64,000 nucleotides of DNA from Gemmatales bacterium (lineage in GTDB: Bacteria; Planctomycetota; Planctomycetia; Gemmatales; HRBIN36), in NCBI GenBank assembly GCA_041640595.1, contig JBEPZY010000004.1, forward strand, positions 98,273-162,272, in the 5' to 3' direction. The notes under the pieces are model-generated. The model was not told the DNA's origin. It did no database searches and was given only the letters and a program-made list of their open reading frames with translations. The position numbers and the translations under genes were made by a program. Below are positions 11,232 to 20,181 of this stretch, in pieces. Numbering within the stretch: the stretch's first letter is position 1; the number at the start of each line of letters is the position of its first letter.

Positions 11232-12263
11232 ATGCCTGAAAAGATTCGTGTCGCTATCCTGGGTGCTTCAGGCTATACCGCGCGGGAACTGCTCCTGCTG
11301 CTGTTGCGGCATCCGCATGTCGAAATTGCAGCGGTGACCACACGTCAGGAAGGTAAAGAAGGCACGCCGCTGGTGAGCGAGTTGCATCCGAGTTTGTACG
11401 GTCGGTTAGCGATCCGGTGCGAACCGCTGGATGCCGAGGAATTAGCCCGGAGAGGTGTGCGCTGCGTTTTCGCTTGCCTGCCTCATGGCGTGAGCATGGA
11501 AATCGTGCCAGCACTGTTGCGGCTGGGATTGCGAGTCATTGATCTCAGCGCTGATTACCGTCTCCGCGATCCCCAGATTTACCAGGAGTGGTATGGCGAA
11601 CCCCACCACGATCCCGATCATCTGCGCCTGGCTGTTTACGGGTTGCCGGAAATTTACGGCCCGCAAATCCGCGAGGCGCTGCTGGTGGCCAATCCCGGTT
11701 GCTATCCGCAAACGGTGATTCTCGGTCTGGCCCCGCTCATCGCCCACGACTGGATCGAACGGGAAGACATCATCGCCGATAGCAAAAGTGGCGTTTCCGG
11801 AGCGGGGAGAGCACCTCGCCAGCATACGCATTTCCCCGAATGCAATGAAAGTGTTGCTGCCTACAGTGTGGGCAAACATCGCCACACACCAGAGATGGAA
11901 CAGGTTCTCTCGGACGTAACCTCAGCACCGGTACGCATCATTTTCACCCCGCACCTGGTGCCGATGGACCGCGGTATCTTCAGCACGATATACGTGCGTC
12001 CGCGGCGAGCGGTGTCGGAAGCGGAATTGTTTGAACTTTACCGCGACTATTATGCCCGCGCTCCGTTCGTGCGGATCGTGCCTCACCTTCCCAACTCCAA
12101 GGATACGACCGGCACCAATTTCTGCGACATTACATTACGGCTGGTGCGCGACCGTATTGTTGTGCTGGCCTGCGAGGATAATTTGATTCGCGGCGCCAGT
12201 GGTGTCGCCGTGCAAAATTTCAACCTGATGTTCGGTTTCGAGGAAACCACTGCCTTGCTCTAA
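11232..12263 (+). CDS. argC: N-acetyl-gamma-glutamyl-phosphate reductase
   Basis: GASGYT, IDLSADYRL, ANPGCY, KSGVSGAGR, HRHTPE, DNLIRGASGVAVQNFN. Confidence 0.97.
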   Translation: MPEKIRVAILGASGYTARELLLLLLRHPHVEIAAVTTRQEGKEGTPLVSELHPSLYGRLAIRCEPLDAEELARRGVRCVFACLPHGVSMEIVPALLRLGLRVIDLSADYRLRDPQIYQEWYGEPHHDPDHLRLAVYGLPEIYGPQIREALLVANPGCYPQTVILGLAPLIAHDWIEREDIIADSKSGVSGAGRAPRQHTHFPECNESVAAYSVGKHRHTPEMEQVLSDVTSAPVRIIFTPHLVPMDRGIFSTIYVRPRRAVSEAELFELYRDYYARAPFVRIVPHLPNSKDTTGTNFCDITLRLVRDRIVVLACEDNLIRGASGVAVQNFNLMFGFEETTALL

Positions 12264-12296
12264 CTATAGACCAAGCCGCTCCAAAAGTCGCTGCGG

Positions 12297-13430
12297 TCAC
12301 CGTCGCGGGGGATGCACCATCTGGTTGAACACGCTCGGATCGAACGGATCGGCGGGGGTACTGGCGGACGGCATCGGTTTGTTAGGCAAGCTGATGGGCG
12401 CTCGGTTCGTCGGCAGTACCGTTCCGCTGGCAAAAGGATTGGGCGGCAGGTTGTGGCTGGTCGGTATCGGTAGGCCAGGCGGATTATTCACGACATTGGG
12501 CGAGGCAGATGGCAGACGGGGTACCGTTGTCGGCGCGGACGATGCGGAACCGGTGCTGGTTCGTGCATTGCTGTCAAGGGGCGTAAAACTGTTCGGCAAA
12601 CCAGCCGCTGGCCCAGAGGAGCTGCTTCCGACAATCGCTCCAGGCAAAGCCAGACCGCCAAGGCCTGGCGAACGTACTGGCTTTTCCGTACCGCGGCCAT
12701 TCAGGGTGGGTAAAGGTGCACCGCCTGACCAGGGCAGGGACGAATTGCCGACATTGCCAGGCAGTACGGGAGCAACTGCGGCGGGATTTGTCGGCCCTGG
12801 TGCAAAAACAGGGGCGGGCGAATTGCCCATCGGCACTGCCGGAGCTACCGGGTTCGTGCCGGAGGCGGTTACGCTGACCGGCGGTGAAACACTGGTTTCC
12901 GGGGCAGTCCTGGCCAGATCGTGGCCGTTTGCGTTGGAACCTGTTTTGCCGGCAACTTCGAGCACCCAGTTTTCGAGTGTTCGATAAGCGGCACTATTCG
13001 CACCTGGTAACGGTGGGCGAGTGCTTCCCCCGTGTGGCTGTAAGGCCTGCTGCAATAACGGGCTTTCCCGCGGCTTTTCGAGATTCAAAAGCGGCAGCAC
13101 CTGAGCGAGGTTATGCTCGGTCATCAGCGGAGTCAGTTGACTGAATCGGACAGGCACCCGCAATTCCAAGCCGGGAGCATCAGCACGACCGTGACAGGCC
13201 AGGCTACCGCAGCAGTTGAACAGGATCGGCTGTATGCGGCGAGTGAAAGCCAGTCGGGCTTCATCTGTTAGAAGCGGTTGTGCTGGCTGAGCATGCAGAC
13301 TGTCGGCCGTCAGCAACATGGCCAGCACATAGACCGTGGCCCAGCCGAATTTCCACCTACCTGGCACTGCATTCCTCCCATCGTACGGCAGTGATGGATC
13401 GAATATGGTTACAGTTCCGGCAGGGTGCAC
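12297..13430 (-). CDS. Secreted hypothetical protein with planctomycete cytochrome-c-like N-terminal domain and Pro/Ser-rich tail
   Basis: Hydrophobic signal-like segment, FTRRIQPILFNCCGSLACHG, SPLL...PHGG...TLENWV, then low-complexity tail ending DPFDPSVFN; start uncertain. Confidence 0.6.
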   Translation of the reverse strand: MHPAGTVTIFDPSLPYDGRNAVPGRWKFGWATVYVLAMLLTADSLHAQPAQPLLTDEARLAFTRRIQPILFNCCGSLACHGRADAPGLELRVPVRFSQLTPLMTEHNLAQVLPLLNLEKPRESPLLQQALQPHGGSTRPPLPGANSAAYRTLENWVLEVAGKTGSNANGHDLARTAPETSVSPPVSVTASGTNPVAPAVPMGNSPAPVFAPGPTNPAAVAPVLPGNVGNSSLPWSGGAPLPTLNGRGTEKPVRSPGLGGLALPGAIVGSSSSGPAAGLPNSFTPLDSNARTSTGSASSAPTTVPRLPSASPNVVNNPPGLPIPTSHNLPPNPFASGTVLPTNRAPISLPNKPMPSASTPADPFDPSVFNQMVHPPRR

Positions 13431-13571
13431 TTCTGTTATCGCAAAATGAACGCCGAGGCACGTCCATAACTTTTGGCGGTGCTATCCTCTGACTGCCAGG
13501 GTTCTCGATAGCCGTCAGGAAATGAATGTCCCCCGACCATGAGTGTATAAGCGTCGAATCGCAGCTACTGG

Positions 13572-14714
13572 CTAGGCGGCCAGTCGCAATGCCTGCCGGT
13601 AGTACGCAGTACAGCTCTGGATGACGATTTTCTGCTGGGGATAGGTCAATTCCGGATACATGGGCAGGGCAAGCACTTCCTGGGAAAGCTGTTCGCTGAC
13701 GGGGAAGTCGCCGCGACGGTAACCGAATTCGCGAAAGCACGGCTGCAGGTGCAACGGGAGAGGATAGTAGATTTCGGTGCCAATGCCGTGTTGCGACAGG
13801 TGCCGCATCAGGGCGTCGCGATGACCGTTGGTGATGCGCACGACGAATTGGTTGAAGCTGTGCTTGCCGTAAGGCCGCTGTACAAGCGGTCTCATTTCCG
13901 TTTGCAAATTTTCCTGCGCGAGCAGCTCCTGATACCGTTTGGCGATAGCCCGTCGAGCATCCACAAAGCGATCCACCCAGGGCAACTTCACCCGCAAAAT
14001 GGCCGCTTGCAACGCATCGAGGCGACTGTTCCAGCCCAGTTCGGCGTGATAATACTTGGGTTCCATGCCGTGCACACGCAGCCGGGCCAAACGTTGGGCC
14101 CAGTGGGGATCGTTGGTGACCACCATGCCAGCGTCGCCGAAAGCTCCGAGGTTTTTCGTCGGATAGAAACTGAAGCAGGCCAGATGGCCCAGCGTACCCG
14201 CTTTTTTACCCTGGTATTCCGCCCCGAACGCCTGGGCGGCATCCTCGATGATATACAATCCGTAACGCTCTGCCAGTTTCCACAACGGTTCCATCTCCGC
14301 ACACTGGCCGAACAGATGAACCGCGATGACTGCCCGAGTGCGCGAGGTGATCCGTTCGGCGACATCCCGCGGATCCAGGTTAGCCGTATCCGCTTCGACA
14401 TCGGCAAAGACAGGCGTTGCCCCCGCTCGCACTACCGAAGCTGCCGTTGCGAAAAAGGTAAATGCCGGCACAATCACTTCGTCCCCCGGGCCGATGTCCA
14501 ACGCCTTCAGTGCCAGCAGCAGTGCATCGGTTCCTGAGGCGCAACCCACCGCATAGCCGACGCCAAGATACCGCGCAACTTCGTTTTCGAAGGCGGCTAC
14601 CTCCGGGCCGAGAATCACCTGACCGGATTGTAACACCCGCTGAATGGCCTCTTCGATTGCTTTCTGCAAACCGCGATACTGTAACCGCATGTCAAAAAGC
14701 GGTACCTGCATCAT
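13572..14714 (-). CDS. DegT/DnrJ/EryC1/StrS family PLP-dependent aminotransferase
   Basis: SGTDAL, IIEDAAQAFG, SFYPTKNLGAFGDAG, NSRLDALQAA. Confidence 0.95.
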   Translation of the reverse strand: MMQVPLFDMRLQYRGLQKAIEEAIQRVLQSGQVILGPEVAAFENEVARYLGVGYAVGCASGTDALLLALKALDIGPGDEVIVPAFTFFATAASVVRAGATPVFADVEADTANLDPRDVAERITSRTRAVIAVHLFGQCAEMEPLWKLAERYGLYIIEDAAQAFGAEYQGKKAGTLGHLACFSFYPTKNLGAFGDAGMVVTNDPHWAQRLARLRVHGMEPKYYHAELGWNSRLDALQAAILRVKLPWVDRFVDARRAIAKRYQELLAQENLQTEMRPLVQRPYGKHSFNQFVVRITNGHRDALMRHLSQHGIGTEIYYPLPLHLQPCFREFGYRRGDFPVSEQLSQEVLALPMYPELTYPQQKIVIQSCTAYYRQALRLAA

Positions 14715-14936
14715 GGTTTGGCCCCTTCCCCGGCGAATGGATGAAAGTGAGCTCCTGTTGCCTGCTAGTCCCCGTTTGCAATTGTCCCCATCCCGAGAGC
14801 AAGCTGCACCATAACCGGTGCTGCAAGCTGTGTCAATCGGAACATGGGGCAGGTTACAAACCGTGCGTTGCGGCTCCCATGACTGCGCGCCAGATGGTCA
14901 TGGTTGCCGTTTGTCATGCCGGAGGCGCAGCCCAGG

Positions 14937-15037
14937 GTTTTGTCGAGTTCGCATACTCATGACGAAAACTCGATTGCCTGCTGGACATCGCTTTCTTTCC
15001 CTCAAGTTTTGTCGAGTTCGCATACCATGACTGAAAT
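14937..15037. repeat. Two direct repeats (33 bp, second degenerate) separated by 36 bp; CRISPR-like geometry
   Basis: GTTTTGTCGAGTTCGCATACTCATGACGAAAAC at 14937-14969 and GTTTTGTCGAGTTCGCATACCATGACTGAAAT from 15006. Confidence 0.75.
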
Positions 15038-15157
15038 GGCCTGCGTTGCCCTCGCACTGCCAGAGTGCGGGGATGGATTTGTCCTCTGGCGTGCATACAC
15101 TCTGGTCAGACGAAAACCGAATTGCGGCGTCGGTCAGGCATCGCAGGAGACACTACC

Positions 15158-16948
15158 ATGTACCAGCGGCCAAATGCATCAGGATCGCTCGCTGCGTCAG
15201 GTTCCGCAGGCGTCGAAGGCAGGGACCGGTTCGCATCCTCGAAGACTTTTGCAGCGTTTCCGAAACATCGGCTCTTTCTTGCGGTCGGGGTGGTGGTTGC
15301 GGGCTGGGTGATGATTGGGCTGGCGGAAAATGGAACGGGAGCCGCGCTTCCATCCGCCTCGCCGGAGACGATTTTCCGTTTCACCGACGTTACGGAAGAA
15401 GCTGGCCTGGCTGATGCACTGCGCGGAGCACTGAATCACGCTACTGCCTGGGGCGATTTCGACAACGATGGCCGACTGGATCTCTTCAGCGGCAATTTTG
15501 CCGACCGCCCCAATCAGCCGTTCGACGGAGCCAATCAGTTATTCCGTCAGGTGGCAGCGGGAAAGTTTGAGCGTGTAGCAGTATCGCCAGTGCAACGCCG
15601 GGGACGCGCCAGCGGTGCCGTATTTGCCGACCTGGACAATGATGGCTGGTTGGACCTGTACGTGGCCAATAACACTTTGCCTGGGCAACGGGCCAGCGCT
15701 CGCCCGGAATTGGCCGCCATCCTGACGGAGCCTTCTCGACTGTACCACAATCAACAGGGTCGCTTTGTGGACATTTCCGAAACCTGCGGCGCCTGTCCGA
15801 AAGACCTGTACCGCGCCCGCGACATTGGCGTGTTCGATTACGATGGCGACGGGTTACTCGATTTGTTCGTTTGCGAAGACCTGTTCTTGCGGCAGGACCA
15901 GCGGAAACCTCATTCGCGGCTTTTTCACAACGAGGGGAAGATGAAGTTTCGAGACGTGACCGCTGAAGTTGGGTTGCCGGACGATATTGGTGGATTCGGG
16001 ATTGCGGTGGCTGACCTGAATGAAGACGGCCGACCGGATTTCTTCGTCGCCGGGAGCAATCGCCTTTTCCTGAGCCAGCCGGGTAACCGTTACCGCGAGG
16101 CGGAATCCTTGCGGAGCGTTCTCGAACACAAAATGAGCGATCGCGGTGAAGATGTAGCGGTCGGAGCGAGTTTCGGCGACATTAACGGCGACGGTCTGAT
16201 GGATTTGATTGTCGGAGTCCACTTTGCGCCCTCGCGGGTGCATGTGTTCTTGAACCAGGGCTTGCGCGACGGTGTACCTCAGTTTCGAGAAATCACCGCG
16301 GAAATTGGCCTGACGGCGGTACCGAATAAAACTCCGCACACGGAAATTCAGGATTTTGACAACGATGGCCGGCCCGACCTGTACTGGTCGGCATGGTTTG
16401 CGGAGGGAGATCGCCGCTGGCCCTTCATTTGCCGGAACGTTTCAGAACGAGGCGGCCTGCTTAAGTTCTTGATCCCCGACATGCGGTCGGTAAAAACGGA
16501 GGGGATTCGCAAGAACGTTCCTCCGACCACGGGACTGGGCATGGTTTATTATGTGGATGGCCCGGCTGTGGATTACAATGGCGATGGGAAACTGGATTTG
16601 TTCGTGGGTATGTGGCCTCCGGAAGGTTCGCGGCTATACCGCAACGATACGCCGACGGGTAACTGGTTGCAGGTGCGCGTAGTGGGACGGCGGATGAACC
16701 GCATGGGCATCGGGGCGCAGGTGCGGATTTACGAGCCCGGACAGGCAGGGAAAGAAACGGCGTTGCTCGGCCATCAGGAAATCACAGTCAACGGCGGCTA
16801 CAGTTCGGGTCGGCCAGCGGTGGTGCACTTCGGCTTAGGGCCGCGCCGCTCCGTAGATGTGCTGGTACGCCTGCCTCATCGCACTCAACCGGTGCTCCTG
16901 TCAAACGTGCAGGCGAGTCAACTCCTGACTGTGGAGGAAATGCCGTAA
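15158..16948 (+). CDS. CRTAC1-like FG-GAP/VCBS repeat protein with C-terminal ASPIC/UnbV domain
   Basis: Repeated (G/A)D(F/L/Y)DNDGxLDL motifs; C-terminal NWLQVRVVG...GIGAQV...VHFGLG; ATG 15158 after AGGAGA. Confidence 0.88.
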   Translation: MYQRPNASGSLAASGSAGVEGRDRFASSKTFAAFPKHRLFLAVGVVVAGWVMIGLAENGTGAALPSASPETIFRFTDVTEEAGLADALRGALNHATAWGDFDNDGRLDLFSGNFADRPNQPFDGANQLFRQVAAGKFERVAVSPVQRRGRASGAVFADLDNDGWLDLYVANNTLPGQRASARPELAAILTEPSRLYHNQQGRFVDISETCGACPKDLYRARDIGVFDYDGDGLLDLFVCEDLFLRQDQRKPHSRLFHNEGKMKFRDVTAEVGLPDDIGGFGIAVADLNEDGRPDFFVAGSNRLFLSQPGNRYREAESLRSVLEHKMSDRGEDVAVGASFGDINGDGLMDLIVGVHFAPSRVHVFLNQGLRDGVPQFREITAEIGLTAVPNKTPHTEIQDFDNDGRPDLYWSAWFAEGDRRWPFICRNVSERGGLLKFLIPDMRSVKTEGIRKNVPPTTGLGMVYYVDGPAVDYNGDGKLDLFVGMWPPEGSRLYRNDTPTGNWLQVRVVGRRMNRMGIGAQVRIYEPGQAGKETALLGHQEITVNGGYSSGRPAVVHFGLGPRRSVDVLVRLPHRTQPVLLSNVQASQLLTVEEMP

Positions 16949-17061
16949 GGTCAGCGCTTCTTGACGGCGAGCATTCCGTTCGTAAGCATGTATTATCTCA
17001 GCCAAGCCCGCCCAATACCTGGTCGCTGCCTCTTGCCTGCGTCCTTGTTAGGGACTAACCC

Positions 17062-17736
17062 ATGAGCCACGGTCAGCCCTTGAATTTACACTCGCCTTCT
17101 TCGCAGCTAACCAGCTCGCCGGAAATGCAGGAAAGCCGGCGGCGTTTTCTGCGCTGGCTGGTGCACGGTGTGAACACGCTGGTGGGTGTGGTGCTGGGTT
17201 TTCCGGTCGTCTGTTACCTTCTCGGTGGCCGACAACGCTCGGGCGACTCGCAAGGCTATCGTCGGGTGGCCCGCCTGAGCGATATTCTGCGAGGCGGACA
17301 AATTTCGCGGAGCACCGGTAAACGCATCTACGAAGTAGCAGTGCGGGACACTCGCCGCGATGCCTGGATGATTTATCCCAATGAGATCCTGGGTCGGGTG
17401 TGGCTGGTTTACGATCCGAAGGCGGCACTACCCGCGGACGATCAACAAGCCTTTGAACCCGGCGAGGCTTTGAAAGCCTTTACTTCCATCTGCCCGCATC
17501 TGGGCTGTTCGATCAGCTATCATGCCGAGAGCGACCGGTTTCTCTGCCCGTGCCACACGGGAACTTTCGATGTTACCGGTCAACGGGTGAGCGGACCACC
17601 ACCGCGACCGATGGACTGGCTGGAGGTGCGACTGGTGCGCGACCCAGAGAGTCCCAGGCACAACCCTGATTATTTTGTGGAAGTCAGGTACCAAACCTTC
17701 TGGCCGGAAAAGGCCGAGCGCATTCCCAAAACGTAA
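17062..17736 (+). CDS. Rieske 2Fe-2S subunit of cytochrome bc complex
   Basis: SRRRFL Tat motif plus TM helix; CPHLGC and CPCHTG ligands; GPPPRPM. Confidence 0.93.
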   Translation: MSHGQPLNLHSPSSQLTSSPEMQESRRRFLRWLVHGVNTLVGVVLGFPVVCYLLGGRQRSGDSQGYRRVARLSDILRGGQISRSTGKRIYEVAVRDTRRDAWMIYPNEILGRVWLVYDPKAALPADDQQAFEPGEALKAFTSICPHLGCSISYHAESDRFLCPCHTGTFDVTGQRVSGPPPRPMDWLEVRLVRDPESPRHNPDYFVEVRYQTFWPEKAERIPKT

Positions 17737-19851
17737 GTGGCAAACCAGAAAGCGAACGAGGCAATCGTGTGGCGGCGCTTTTGTGATTGGCTGGACGACC
17801 GCACCGGATGGCTCAGCCTGTGGCGGGCTTTTCTGCTTCACGAAATTCCAGGCGGAGCGAAATGGCGCTACGTCTGGGGCAGATGCCTGCTGGTTGCCTT
17901 CCTGCTGCAAGTGCTCACCGGCGTATTGCTCATGGCCGGATACAGTCCCAGCCTTACGGGCGCCTGGGGAAGCGTTTACTATATCCAGTACGAGACTGAT
18001 TTCGGCTGGCTGATTCGCGGGTTGCATCATTTTGGCTCGCAGATGCTGATTGTGCTCCTGGTGAGCCACCTGGTTGTGGTTGTCTGGCTGGGAGCCCATC
18101 TACCGCCGCGAGAATTCACCTGGTGGCTGGGACTGTTGGCTCTGGGGATCGTCATGGTCATGGAAATGACCGGCTGGTTGTTGCCCATGGATCAAAAAGG
18201 TTACTGGGCAACACGGGTCGGTACCAACATCATGGGTACCGTGCCGATAATCGGGCCGTGGTTGCAAACGTTCCTGGTCGGAGGCAGCGAATACGGCCAG
18301 CGAACTCTCACCCGTTTTTTCACCCTGCATGTAGCGGTGTTGCCGGGATTGCTGATGCTGGTCATCCTCCTGCATCTGGTTCTGGTTCAGCGACACGGGC
18401 CGACTTACCACAGAGTTTCACCGGAAACTACTCGCTTCTGGCCACATCAGGCTGCCCGTGATGCGCTGGCGTTTGTGGTTATTTTCGGCGTGCTGGTCTG
18501 GCTCAGCTATCAACGCCACGCGGCACCTCTGAAAGACGCACCACCACGCGAATCGCTGAGCTGGTACGAAAACCTCGCCCGGGCGGGCCAGTATGGCCAC
18601 GGTCCTCCGCTCATGGCACCGGTGGATCCCCAGCGCGAGTACAACATTGCCCGGCCCGAATGGTATTACCTGTTTTTGTTCCAGGCTTTGAAGTATCTGG
18701 AAGGCCCCTACGCGGTGTTCGGAACGGTGGGCATTCCGGTAGGGACAGGTATTTTGCTCTTTGTCTTGCCTTTGCTGGGACGCGGGCGCTATCGCCGATG
18801 GGGACACATTGCGGGAGTGGTCATCGTCATGGTGTTGCTCGCGGCTGCCACGACGCTGATCGGTTTAGCCCTCTGGGCGGACTACGGACCAACGGAATCC
18901 GCCAAACGATTCCACGAAGAATTGAGCAAGGAAAAAGAACGTGCTGAGCGCGCGGTGGCGTTAGCCCATCGCGGTATTCCGCCGCAGGGTGCTGTGGAAC
19001 TGCTCCGCCGCGATCCACGCCTGCGTGGGCGTGAATTATTCCAGTTGCATTGCGGCAGCTGTCATCCCTATGGCAAAGACATTCGGCCTGATAAACCGAC
19101 CGCCCTGGATTTGCAGGATTTCGCCACTGCCGATTGGCTTATCCGACTTTTCGATCAGTTGCGCGACGAGAAAAGTCTGGAAGCCCAGGTACTGCCGCAA
19201 ATGGCCAGTTACGTTCGCCGCGAACTCGAACGAGCTCAGCGTGCCGACGCCAAAGCCAAGGCCTCCGGTGAACTTCCTACCGCAGAACAGGAATTGCAAG
19301 AGGATTGGCGGCGCATCGCCGAATGGCTGGCCAGTCACCCACGCCGAACGGTACCTTCAGACGAACCCGAGCTTCACGAGTTGGAACAGAAGGAGCCGAC
19401 TTTTGTGCAGGGCTACCGGGCTTTTGAAAAACGGTGCATGAGGTGCCACACGTATAACGGTACCGGCGGCGGGGATGTTAACGGCCCTGATCTGACAGGT
19501 TATGGTGACGCCGATTGGTTGCGGGGTTTGCTGCACGCTCCTTTTGATCGCCAGTATTACGGTCCGGCCATGGTACGCTGGTCGCGCGTTCCCAAGGAAC
19601 GCATCTGGATGCCGGCTTTCCGCGATAACGAAGGGATTCACGCGGGCTTATGGCAACGCGACTGGCAACGCACACTGGAAGAGCTCGAACGTTTGATTCC
19701 CGAAGATTCGCCGGATCGGGATAAACGAATCGCGGTCTTGCGGGATGCGTGTCGGGTAATGCAGTTGAACGACGTCGAAAGAGAATTGATCATCCGCTTT
19801 ATACTGAGAGACGATCGGCCCGTATTTGGCGGAGAACCGATCAGCCCTTGA
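17737..19851 (+). CDS. Cytochrome b (b6 + subunit IV regions) fused to dihaem cytochrome c
   Basis: LLQVLTG, GWLIRGLHH, FFTLH...LLH haem b ligands, RPEWY Qo motif, then CGSCH and CMRCH. Confidence 0.92.
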   Translation: MANQKANEAIVWRRFCDWLDDRTGWLSLWRAFLLHEIPGGAKWRYVWGRCLLVAFLLQVLTGVLLMAGYSPSLTGAWGSVYYIQYETDFGWLIRGLHHFGSQMLIVLLVSHLVVVVWLGAHLPPREFTWWLGLLALGIVMVMEMTGWLLPMDQKGYWATRVGTNIMGTVPIIGPWLQTFLVGGSEYGQRTLTRFFTLHVAVLPGLLMLVILLHLVLVQRHGPTYHRVSPETTRFWPHQAARDALAFVVIFGVLVWLSYQRHAAPLKDAPPRESLSWYENLARAGQYGHGPPLMAPVDPQREYNIARPEWYYLFLFQALKYLEGPYAVFGTVGIPVGTGILLFVLPLLGRGRYRRWGHIAGVVIVMVLLAAATTLIGLALWADYGPTESAKRFHEELSKEKERAERAVALAHRGIPPQGAVELLRRDPRLRGRELFQLHCGSCHPYGKDIRPDKPTALDLQDFATADWLIRLFDQLRDEKSLEAQVLPQMASYVRRELERAQRADAKAKASGELPTAEQELQEDWRRIAEWLASHPRRTVPSDEPELHELEQKEPTFVQGYRAFEKRCMRCHTYNGTGGGDVNGPDLTGYGDADWLRGLLHAPFDRQYYGPAMVRWSRVPKERIWMPAFRDNEGIHAGLWQRDWQRTLEELERLIPEDSPDRDKRIAVLRDACRVMQLNDVERELIIRFILRDDRPVFGGEPISP

Positions 19852-19887
19852 CGCGATGTCAAAGCCGGTAGAGGCGACACTTCCTCT

Positions 19888-20079
19888 TTATTGCGGCTCG
19901 GAAGTGTTAACGGGCCAGGTTTTCAGGTACTGGTCAAACGAACTTCCGGCGAAAATACCGCGAAGCACCTCCTGGGCACGGGAGATGTTCGGGTCATCTG
20001 GTCTGGTAACCAGAACCAGCCCCACCAGCAAAGTCATCAGCACTCCCAGGGTGACTCCCAACCTGGCGTCGTTCGGCAT
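19888..20079 (-). CDS. Small single-TM hypothetical protein
   Basis: MPNDARLGVTLGVLMTLLVGLVLV preceded by GAAAGG; fills the gap downstream of the prenyl synthase in the same orientation. Confidence 0.55.
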   Translation of the reverse strand: MPNDARLGVTLGVLMTLLVGLVLVTRPDDPNISRAQEVLRGIFAGSSFDQYLKTWPVNTSEPQ

Positions 20080-20181
20080 CAGGGTAGCCTTTCAGTCCAG
20101 AAAAAGATTGCAGACCGATCCTTGCGTTTGCTAGGAGAATCTGGCAAAATCAGCACAGATGGTAATCGCCTTGCTGACCGC

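Noticed and set aside
16961..16990. Sigma70 promoter for the Rieske/cytochrome b genes (TTGACG)
   Set aside because: No convincing -10 hexamer at 16-18 bp spacing.
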